Below are positions 1 to 11,402 of a stretch of 64,000 nt of DNA, in pieces. This DNA comes from Kudoa neothunni. Its lineage: Eukaryota > Animalia > Cnidaria. The stretch is taken from positions 8,705,487-8,769,486 of the forward strand of contig OZ199840.1 in NCBI GenBank assembly GCA_964304625.1, given 5' to 3'. The notes below the pieces were generated by a model. The model was not told where the DNA came from and searched no databases. It saw only the letters and a list, made by a program, of their open reading frames with translations. Position numbers and translations under genes: made by a program. Every line of letters begins with the position of its first letter. The stretch's first letter is position 1.

Positions 1-3000
1 AAATAGGATTCACGCGCATATTCAGACTCGGTGGGTGACCCAAGAATGCACGAATAGAACAGATTCTACTCATTAGTAAATGTTTTTACTTTTTATTTCA
101 ATTATAATGTTTATATTACATAATATTAGACTAAAAAACGTGAGTGTACTACTAGTGAACAGTGTAAATAGAGCAGGTAAAATGTCGAACTTTTATTCTT
201 TAAATTTTCTAATAATTTTTTCATATAAAATTAGATTAAAAATTGAAAAATTCAAATAAGAAATCATATATGAAGTATCTTCTATAACGGAGGAGTTATT
301 CGTTTCCATGAGAATAGCCACTGTCTAATTACAATTAATACGTTTAAAAAGTAGTATTCCATTTATTTCATGCTGAAATAATTATATTTAACATAAAAAA
401 TGTAATAAACCCGTGAAATGAGAGTTATATGCATACGAACAAATGTGACATGTATAAAACAAATCACTGTCAAGTACATAATAATATACCAGAGTTTATC
501 GCAACAGGGTAAACAATGACAACGTTAAAATGTGGTTAAGACACAAAACTCTGGAGTGACGTGACGACAGTAAAACATCATGAGGTCCGAAGAATAACGT
601 TTATCTAGATATTGCTATTGCGGTGCTAGCTACATTGTACACTTCTTTGTTTATGCTGCTAAAATATTTCATCTTCAGGCAAAAATAATGATATTAATTT
701 ATTATTTACATTTAGTATCTGTTTTATTTAAACAAAGTATTTTACCATTACCTTTTAATGTTATAAAGTTTTGAGTACATTGTTTAAGTGTAATTATTTA
801 CTACTAAAGATTCGATACCTTTATTTGAACTACATATGTAAAAACTTAAACCCTTGTATGGAGATTACAAGTGATTTAAACTATATAACAACTTGAGTTG
901 TATCATAAAACGAGAAAATGTCTAAATTGGGATCACGAATGACCCCACATCTTCCGGGGAGGCTTAAAACTTAAAAATTTTGACAATTAAACATAATTTC
1001 CAATAGTCATTAATGATGTTTTAGTTTATAAATTTTTTAGCGGTTTTCTCTTGGTAAATTTAAGAGGTATTTAATTAATAATGGAAAATATTTACCATCG
1101 GATTTTTTAAACCGTTGTTTCTCATCTAATAATAATATTTAATATAATTATTTAACTTTTTCTCTTTATTTGTCTACAATTAAATTAATTGATGAGAATT
1201 TTATTCTCAAAGATATATTTTATATTAAAGTTATGTAAAGTTAAAATATTCCTTTGCAGACGAGCAAAATTACATGACCCTGTGCAATTATAACAAAATC
1301 TTTCGCCTCCTATAATAATTTTCCTCTTTTTATATGTAAAAATTTGTTTAAACAAAAAAACATCCATATAACGCTAGTGCGCGCTTTTTGGAGAATTTAA
1401 AATGGAACAAAATAAAAATTCTGCTCCATATAACCGTTAGATTGCGTACACATAAACCAAAACTAAGTAATATTTCGAGATTAATGTAGTCTATGATCGT
1501 TTTCAAACATGTTATACGTGCCAATTATTTGTTTATTCCATTATTTTAATATTTTATATGATTTAGTGAATAAGTTAATCCATCCGAACCATTATATACG
1601 TTTCTCGCAAATTTTAGAGATAGATATTTTAGTTTATTACTAATCAATAATTATTTACTCTAATTGATTCATTAAACCGAAAGAAAACAAAATTTTATTA
1701 TTTTGCTATAATTGATTGTCGTTGGTCGGATTCCTCCAAGATTCTATCGGATCATGTATATTTGAATTATCATTAATTTGATCACTGATATTAGACCCTC
1801 GGGGATATATGTATAAAAGAAACCAATTTGTATTTAATAATTAAGTCCACAATTGTTTATAAAAAATATTTAAATTCCATCCACATTGTTATCATTATCC
1901 ATTTGTCGTAGTTACATTATTTACATTAAATATAATAAAAATACTTTATACATTATTTTTAAAACAAATTTTAATTTGATCAACGAATAAACTCTACATC
2001 AATGAAGAAATTAATTCCGTAGGTATATCAGCTATTTTATGCAAGATATTCGAGTTGATTTAACTCTAAAACGATCTAATAATGAAAGCATATAAAACTT
2101 TTTATTATCATATATTTTTTATTTATGTACAATGATCACACATATAGTTTAAAATCAACGAATCTACCCGGTTTTAAAGAACAACATTCAGTCCTGTAAT
2201 AAAACCAAGATACTAATAAGTTTATGCACTTGGGTAAAATTTATAATCATAAAATATTCACGTTTTTCTGCATAGACTATTAGTTCGACTTTTGTTGTTT
2301 AATGAATTAACCCTTAATCATTTTTATTAATACAAAAATATTAAAACTTTGAAATAAAAATTTAATTTCGTTCTACTCCTTTAAAATTAAAATCACAAAA
2401 TAATTACATTACACTTTGGTTTGGAGATATTGTTAAATTTAATGGTGGTTAAAATTAATGCGCAACATCCATTTTTAAGCATCTATAAAAAATTTACTTA
2501 AATAAATAATTCAAAATGTTTTTTAATAACTTAAAAGACTTGTAAGGTAGAATTTCACCTTATAAAACGATTAAATAATGACACAACGAAAAGTACGCAA
2601 TATCCACCTACGCAATAACCGTTGTTGACTGTATCAAGATCAAATCACAACCAATCTTTTAAAATCAAATATATTTTACTTGTGAACGTTTTATAAATTA
2701 AAAATACATTATTTTTATATTTTTACAATTTTTATACGAGCTCAGAAATACATCAGGTCAAAGCACACCCTTACCGAATCAAAATTGAATTAACACAAAT
2801 AATCGGAAATATGTGGTATTGCATGTAAGAATGCGAAAAAGAATTATTCTGTTAACAAAAATAATTAATGTCTGTTCGATTTCTTATGAAATGTTTCAGA
2901 AAAATATGACTGAATAAATTTCTGAGTCTATGGATGTTCACAAATCAACGATTGGGTGAATTTTAAGACGAAATCAATATGTTATTTGTTCAGCAGTAAA

Positions 3001-3372
3001 AAGGTGGTGAAGGTGGCCACCGATAAAAATTTTCCTATATGCAAAAATCATTCATTCAAAGTTTAGAAGATGATGCCTGCATAACAAATTTTGCTAAAAT
3101 TGATAAAAACTACATTTCCCACCATGCCACTGCCTTTTTTACATTCAAGTGAAATATTTTCCATTATTCGATTTCAGTTCTAAGAAATAAAAATCCTTCC
3201 GACAATATGAATTATTTATTATTATTATTATTATGGAAAGACAAAATAAAATTATGCCTAAACAATATTAAAACACTTCGACCATTCAGGCTCGTAGTTT
3301 AATGGTTTTTAAACTCGGATACTATTTATAACTAGAAAAATAAGTTTCATTTTGATATTGAAATACTATATA

Positions 3373-4525
3373 CTAGCGGGAAAAAACCCAGCGTTACTTG
3401 GGAAGATTTCGTCCTAAGACATTTTTTAATAGCATTCAAAAAATATATTGAAATTTCGAATTAACCCATGGAAGAAAAATAACTAAAAAGTTTTAAGCAA
3501 TATACTTTAACGATTTGGACTATTAAATTTAAATTATAGTCATTTCTTTGAAGGAGTGTTCCAATCCCAGCGTTCATTTAAAAATTTTGTGGCTCGGCAT
3601 CAACGCTAAAAAATTTAAGGTCAGCATCACATTTTTTTCGTTCCCGAATTATTTAAATCCCGATAAGGTGTTATCTAAAACGTTATTTTTTGGCCAGGAG
3701 GATTTTTAAAAGTCGAATTTTGACCTGGATTGGAAACCGCGTGCATTGCTAAATTTTTAAGAGATAAAAAAATATAACAAATAATACAGATAGAAGAAAA
3801 TAGATGCAAATTAATTTTTATTGCTCAAATTATTATCGCTCAGATCGGCAATTGCAAAACGCACTTTTCCAAAATAAAAAGCTAAAAATCGCTTCAATAT
3901 CAACATAAATAATTTATATAATTAGATGAGGTAAGGGTACAACCATCTGCATTGAAGTTAATCACTGAAAGTTCAGCATAGCGGACGATTTCAATGAAAT
4001 CTATGGGCATGGTGCTTATATTATAATGTTTCAATCTATCTGATCATAGAATTCCTTACAAAATCGTTATTAATAATGCAAATATAGACTTTTTCACATA
4101 TTTTAAACCATTAATAGAACATTTAAAATATACTTATCAAGCCATCTACGTTAAAACTCCACAAATAAGGAGTGTATGTGCGCAAACCTACAAATATACA
4201 CTCCATCGTTGTATAAAAAGTCAGATGATATTGCTTAATTTAAATTGGATAGAGTATACGAAGGGAAAATTAACTTCAACCAACCATCAACAGGTCCTAA
4301 CCAGGTGTCAATCTTATTGTTAAATTCAAGTAATCCGATAAACAAACTTTGAATCGACAAAATCACAATTTTTTAAACACTTTTAGGAACATTTGGTAGT
4401 GTGAAAACGATTTGTAGATTTTTTTTGGACCATTGTGATTCTTAAAAAATTTCATAAATGTCTCTCTATAAGGAAAAAATTTGGACACACACACACGGGC
4501 ACTTCAGCTTTATCTATATAGTAGA
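3373..4525 (-). mobile_element. Non-autonomous Helitron-like element
   Basis: Read on -, it begins TCTACTATATAGATAAAGCTGAAGTG and ends with a CCCAAGTAACGCTGGG hairpin followed by CTAG|T. Internal sequence is similar to 22010-23130 and 38170-38797. Confidence 0.7.
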
Positions 4526-5445
4526 AGTAAATAATAGAAAGATAAATATTCAAAAATTCTTTATCTAGCTAAAAGTCCTAACGAAGAAATTTTATAAAAT
4601 AATACGCAAAACGTAATGTAGATTATGCGGCCAATAGCTGGGTTTTTTTATGTCTAATTTGACTTAAACTCATTTACTTCATTATAAGTAAGCAGTTGTT
4701 AATTAGAAAGTTTCCAAAGTTTAAAAATTGCGCTTTTTTAAATAACTTATTTAAATATTAACTAAAAACAAAAATCAGCTATAATTTACAAAGTTGATGA
4801 TATTACGTAAATCATGCTGCTTAATACATATAATCATCCATATGGTGTTTAAAGTGTCTGGGGATATTTAAAGCCCTACCTATGGTATCATGTAGTTATT
4901 TAATTATTATAATACTTTTTAAATCAAGGATAGTGTATTCCATTTAAATTTTATATCTAGAGATAATATACAATGGAAAATTTTTTTTCTCAATTTTAAT
5001 TTTTTCAGATGGAAAGGGTTAATATCTTTTAGATTACATTAGAAAAATTACTTAACTAACCCTCCTCGGAATCCTTCCGCACTGGTACATTAGGCAGTAT
5101 GGATATATGTTAATTGAGACAAGATTTTGATGTCTCGAAGAACTTGATTCATTTAATAAACGACTGGAATAATTCTAGTTTCTCTATATAATAAACAGTA
5201 TTACCATTATTTTTGCTAAAGCTTAAAATTTTATTTCGATACTACACTAAAAAACGTATCGTGGAAAACTTTTGATTCCATTAAAATGTCTAATTAATTT
5301 ACCAGACCGATATGAGCTAGGTGACAAAAATTTGATTTTGATTAATTTTTTAATACCTTGAATAAATCATTATATCCACAAATGAGTGAAATTCGGGTCA
5401 ATTGTATTCCGAACCATCAATTGATAGTTCATTTAATTGTCAAAC

Positions 5446-8400
5446 ATGAAAATAGCTGGATTATTCTACCTTGTCTTAGGTATTTTCCCGAATCAATTTT
5501 AATGCTGATGTATGTTTAGGTGTTTTAATATCAGATAGAGCCAATGCTGATCAAAGTTCAGATCCTCAACCTGCAACTGGAGCCTCAACGAAAACGCTGA
5601 AATACCAGATTGGGAAAGGTTCAGATACTAATCCAGAAAAAATTAAACTTAATCTTGAAGGTTCTGGTTACGAAAGGGGCAAATTTTGCCGTATAATGCG
5701 GTCTAACGATGTAGAAATTGTAGAGGCTCATAGTTCTGGTAGCGCAACAGTAGCAGCAGCGTTTGCAAGCATCAAGAGCTGCAATGCTAATGACAGTAAT
5801 ATTCAAGATAATTGTGTTGTGGATTGTAACACTAATGATAATACAATCACCTATGATAACCTATCACCAATAACCAAATACATATTTGTCTACGTAGGCA
5901 GTGAAATAAATACTGTTAAGACCCAGGTTAATGGAGCGGGATCAAAAGTATTCGGATACTCAATACGTAATTCCATTTTATTTAATATAAAGATAAATTA
6001 AATTTAGCATTATTGGCTAATCCACAAATTACCGTGTCTCTGGACTCAGGAACTACCGATAAAAATAAACTGAAATTGGTTGCGAAAACATGTGCGCCTG
6101 TAGATTGTCCTATTTATTATAAGGATATTAAATATGAAGATGGTACCAAGGGGACAACTTGTTATGCCGAAAATTCAAAAAATACAGTTGATTTCGATTT
6201 ATTGTTACCGCATTATGAAGTAAGGTGCGGAAATTATCCCAGTTTCTTTTACAATATGCCAAATCAATATATGAAGAAAACTATAGCTATTTATCAGCCT
6301 CAGTTTTATGCTGTTGCAAAAACTGGGGACAAAGTGGGAATTAAATTCACCAACTCCCCATCCTCTGAAATATGTCTATTCAGTCTTAAAGATGGTAAGG
6401 AAACGACAGACACTCAAAAATATACTTCAGTTTGTGGTGGAACCGACAAGAGTTGTTACGCTCCTTGTAAATACGTCGAACTCGATGGCATTAAGGATAA
6501 AAACATCTACGATATTTTGATCCAGACTAGACACCACGACATAAAATCTTCTGGTAATTTTGATGGTTATAAGAAAAAGAAATATGGTAATGCTTATATT
6601 AATGAGCATTTTTTATTATTTTCTTTAGCGATTACTGAACCAGTTGGAGGATTGCTTTCTACTTATACTGAGGTAGGTGTTACGTTTGATGGTACCGTAT
6701 TTAAAGACAAAACTAATCCAGCATTCGCTACGTGTACTCTTAAACACTATTTTGCGGACAAAATCAAATCAGAAACTCCAACAATGTCAAAGTGCACCAC
6801 TGAAACCTCTGCTAGCGATAACTGCAATAATAATTGCGCCACAAAATTGGTGCTTCAAAAACTTAAACCGGGAAAAGCTTACATGATTGAGATCACATTT
6901 ACGGGTACTGATGTTCCAAGTAGTTTACAAGAGCAAATATTCATAAGAACAAGTAAATCTATATATTTATTTTAGAAAATAATGAATTATAAGAAAATGG
7001 AGCTGATAAAAAATATGGAACTACTGATCCTACAAAAACAGACACAACAATCTCTATTACAGCAGTTGGCGGAACTTCACCTGAAGACAAGAAAACTGAA
7101 CCCACCTGCGAGTATTTGGTAAGCCCGGCTGGATTGGAGACTTTTTATCCCGCCAAGTGCAATGGATACACCTCGTGTAGAGGAATTTGTAGAGATCAAG
7201 TAACGATAGAAGATCTTGAGCCAAACACACCATATGACATCAGAGTGATCGCACATAACGAATACGATACAAAAAATTACAAAGATATACGAACAGGTTA
7301 TTGAAATTATAATTTATTCTTTAAATTTTTAATAGAATTAACAACATTAACGATAACACACATGATCGCATTGGATGGTTTGTCATTGAGGGCACGATTA
7401 AATTCCGTAGATCCAAGTGCAACTTGTAGTTATATCGTACAAAAGAAGAATGGAAACGATTACACAGACTTCTACACATGCCCAGTGGTGCCGAAAGTAA
7501 CGACACCAGTTATTACCCCAGTAGCACCAACATCCCCTTCGGCTGCTCTTTCCAGTTTACGTTCTGCAGATCTCAACATAGCCAGAATTACTGTGCCAAT
7601 AGTAGAAGATGATAGTCTAACGCCAGCGGCGAAATCATCAGTTCCGGATAATTCAGATACACAGCATGCTGGTGCCGCTGACGGCACAAACACATGTTCG
7701 TCAAATCCCCTTTGCAGTTCCATAAAATTTGCCGAGTATGAAGCAGCGAATACATACAGAATCTTAGTCACAGCTATCGGAAAATCGACACAAAAAGAGC
7801 ATATCATAGAAACAAGTATTACAATTAATGCTTCAATTAATGTCACTATTAAGAATTTCTTAAAAGAAACTTACATTAGGTGCACCGAGAGTAAACCCAA
7901 CTGATTCCTCAAAATTGATATCAGTCGTCATTACACGCGATGGGAACAGTTTCATTGTAACTACAACATATCCAGCCAGTATGAACGATAACTCAAAATG
8001 CAAATGGGAGTTACGTAACAGTAGTGTCAAATCAAATGCGATAGTAAAATCATGCATGGGAAGAAATTTCGACAGGTGCACTGCCTTTAAGACCTGTAAA
8101 GAATTCAAAATAAATGATTTGCCTGATGGAAATAACTATTATTTGACTGTTTACAGTGCCCAAGATGAGACGATTTTTGGCGGTGCTGACATACAACAAG
8201 GTATATTATTTGGTCACAACATAATTTAATGCTATATATCGTAGGATCAAAGAGTAGTTCAGGGTGGGCTTAGTAAAATTCTTTTTTTAATTTAATATTT
8301 TTTAGGATTAATACCAAACTTATGTAAACATTTTTAATTTCCGATATTTGAACTAACCGTTTTATAGAATCATTATTGCGTGTGTTGCTGTGGTTGTGGT

Positions 8401-8446
8401 CGCAGCGATAGTTGGAATCGTGGTACTGAAGAAGAAAAGAGATTAA
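5446..8446 (+). CDS. Family copy 1 (divergent): type I membrane protein with Cys-rich FN3-like ectodomain, 10 exons, 867 aa
   Basis: Hand-spliced exons 5446-5479, 5520-5966, 6008-6586, 6629-6952, 6994-7296, 7336-7815, 7880-8200, 8245-8263, 8306-8323, 8368-8446 total 2604 nt in one open frame, all introns GT-AG. N-terminus MKIAGLFYLVLGVLISDRANA is signal-like. FN3-type motifs LEPNTPYDIRVIAHN, LKPGKAYMIEIT, LPDGNNYYLTVYS. C-terminus LIIIIACVAVVVVAAIVGIVVLKKKRD*. Confidence 0.85.
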
Positions 8447-8848
8447 ATTAATTTTCGTTAACTATAAATATTAGGTAGTAATTATGGTAGAAATTATTCG
8501 ACCTCATAATATTATTTTATATTTGAAGTTGTTAGTTGAAATTATTGTTTTTTAGAATTTTTGCATGTAGCTCTAGAGAGGGAATAAGATATCCGATGTT
8601 TATTTTTATAAAATTATGTGATTTCAAATGATTTTTATCATTTTTATATTGATCTCGAATTAGTTTTTTGTGATTCTAATTATAGTTTAAGTTTTAATGT
8701 GAGATCTGATTAAACTATGTTATCAAATTTCCAGATCAAAATATCAATATTGTGAGACTGACTTAATTATAAAAAACTTTATTAAAAGAAGTCTTATAAT
8801 ATGAAAATAATACAATTTTTAAAGTCAGAATAGACTCAATCTTTTATG

Positions 8849-11090
8849 CAGTGGTTCTTAACCTAGGTTCGGTGAAAAAATTCCAAATTTTAGATCCAAT
8901 CTAGGATTATTATTCTTTAATTTTAATATTTTAAATAAACCTTCTATTGGTTGTATTTATAACCCTAATTAGAAGCTCTATTAAAAAGATAATAGTGATA
9001 AATTAAAAAATTATTGATAATTTAATTTCAATTATTATTTGAGCGTTTGAAATCCATTTCGATTTATCTGAATAGTACAATCGCGTGCAACGAGTTACAG
9101 TGTTTACCGCGCGGTGGTGTTATTTGCTTGCTAATTTTGTGAGGGTTACTAGAAATAAATATTAGCTCGTTGAATGTTTAACAAAAAAAGAAAGTGGTCA
9201 AATGATTTTTTACAGTTCGGGTTTACCTATGTTACGGAACTTAATGGTATTCAACGACCTCTTTGCATGATATGCAACTCGAAATTAAATAATTCTAGTT
9301 TGATACCAGCAAAACTAAAGGATGATTTCACAAGTGTCTATGGAGACTCTGCATATAGGAATATGACTCTTTCTGAACTTGAAGCAAAGAGAGCAAGATA
9401 TGTTGAAAGAACTACGTTGCAAAATTTTGGATTTGTTAATGTCGATAAGCCTATCTTAACAGTAACGTATGTAGTTTCATATCTCATTGGCAAACAAGGT
9501 AAACCTCACAATATTGAGGAAACGATCGTTAGACCTGATGCGTTGAAGATGGCAAATATTTTATTTTGAAGTATCGCAGAAAAAAAATTAGCACAAATTC
9601 CTTTGTCAAATGATACCATCAACAAATGAATTGATGATATGAGTAAAAACATTCTGGATCAATTAATTTCTGATCTAATTTCAAGTAAAGCAATGTTTAG
9701 TATACAATTCAACGAAACTAGTGGTATCTCAAACCTAAGTCAACTGGTTTCATTTGTTGGATATTTGAAAATTTGTGTGATAGTTGAAGATTTTCTTTTT
9801 TGCAAACCTTTAACAAAAACTAACAAGACAGTGGATGTTAAGAAGTTGTCGATGAGTTTTTCAAAGACAATGGACTTTCATGGAATATGGTTTCTTTTAT
9901 TTGCATTGATGTTGCCCCAGTTATACTGGGACGTAACTCTGTTTTTTGTGCTCTTGTGAAAGCAGATGCACGTCACATTATTGTTACGCATTGCATTTTA
10001 CATAGATATGCATTAGCAACAATGAATGTGCCTCCAAGGCTGAGAGAAGTGCGTGCTGAAAATCGTTATCGATTGTGTAAATTTTGTGAGACGTAGTGCT
10101 TTGAATCATGGAACCCTCAAATATTTGTGCAACGAAATGGATTCTGAAATACTTTTGTTTTACTCAAATGTGAGGTGGCTGTCTCGAGGAAAAATATTAA
10201 ACCGCGTTTTTACCCTGCGAAAGGAAATAGGTATATTTTTGCTGGAGTGTAACCATTGCCATGCTCAATGTTTCAATAATTTGGAATTTACTCTTCTTTT
10301 GGCATACATGGTTGATATTTTCGATTCCATAAATTGTTTGAACCTGCAGATGCAAGCAAATGGAGTCAACATCATTGAGGCAGAAGAGTATCTTAGAGCA
10401 TTCCAAATTAAATTATCTTTTTACAAATGAAGAATAATGGTCGACAATTATGCAAACTTTCCACTTTTAAAATATATTTGTAATATTAATGGCGGCGATA
10501 ATAACGAATCGATCATTTTACCTTTTGAATTAAAGGAAATAATTGCTGCACATTTAGAAGAACTTTCTAACTCACTCGATGGCTATTTCCCTTCTAAAAA
10601 TTCATTCCTCGACTGGGTGAGGCAGCTATTTAGCTTCGATAATTCAGCTGAGGATGCCAATAATAAATACCTTGATGAGCTAATCGAATTTCAACACAAC
10701 AAATTCAAAAACAACTTTTCGAAAAAGTTTTACCATCAATCTTTTGGATAAATCAAATTGAGAAATATCCTACAATTTCGAAGAAAGCTTTGGAAGTTTT
10801 TATTCCCTTCGTAACAACTTACCTTTGCGAACAATCATTTTCAATATTGGTCACCATACAAGGTAAGCTAAGAAATAAGCTTTTCTGTGAAAGAGATATA
10901 CGAATCGCTCAATCCAACATTTTGCCTCGTATTACGGAATTGGTTGCAAAAAAAAGAACAAAAATCGCACTAATTAGCTTTACATTAATTTGATTTTTAC
11001 ATTTTGTAAGTTTTATGATGTGCCAAATACTGATTAAATTATAATTCATTTTATTTAAATTTTAAAAGATTTTTTGTTTGGGGGTTCGTC
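8849..11090 (+). mobile_element. Degenerate hAT (Buster/Charlie, SCAND3/ZBED8-like) transposon, 3' TIR missing
   Basis: 5' end CAGTGGTTCTTAACCT. Broken ORFs 9174-10993 carry FGFT..PLCMIC, KPHNIEETIVRP, THCILHRYAL, VRWLSRGKIL and PFVTTYLCEQSFS motifs, with stops and frameshifts. Confidence 0.85.
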
Positions 11091-11092
11091 GA

Positions 11093-11390
11093 GGCGTGCT
11101 ATAGAGGAATTCTTTCACCAAGCAAAATCATTTGTCCAAAGAAAAGAGCTCACAAATACTGATGAATTAATAGAGGCTATCTTGAATTATCCTGATGAAA
11201 TAACACCTTCCCAACTTCAAAATTATTCTAATCATGCAGAGTCGTATTTTCCAAGATGTTTAAATATGGAAGAAATAGAAAACTAATACTTATATGCATT
11301 TAATTTATTAATCCATTTTGACACATCATTGTTGCATTTTGATCCGACGCTGTTGCTTTTTGATCCGACACTGTTGCATTTAGGTCTTGA
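11093..11390 (+). mobile_element. 3' fragment of IS630/Tc1-like transposon with ~21-bp subterminal tandem repeats
   Basis: IEEFFHQAKSFV...ITPSQLQNYSNHAESYFPRCL resembles a Tc1/IS630 C-terminus. Repeats of TTTTGATCCGACRCTGTTGC at ~11315-11385. Confidence 0.65.
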
Positions 11391-11402
11391 AATAATGTGT
11401 AT

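Noticed and set aside
7472-7846. Antisense or alternate-frame ORFs over family genes (also 5621, 6308, 6427, 6677, 7321, 7860, 29291, 29653, 47528, 47962, 53733)
   Set aside because: They shadow real exons and are not conserved between paralogues.
5696-8229. The 4-5 consecutive ORFs per unit read as separate genes of an operon-like cassette
   Set aside because: They join through GT-AG introns into one reading frame; the ORF ends are intron read-through.
11315-11385. ~21-bp direct repeats as a mini-CRISPR
   Set aside because: They are head-to-tail with no spacers and lie in the subterminal region of a Tc1-like fragment.
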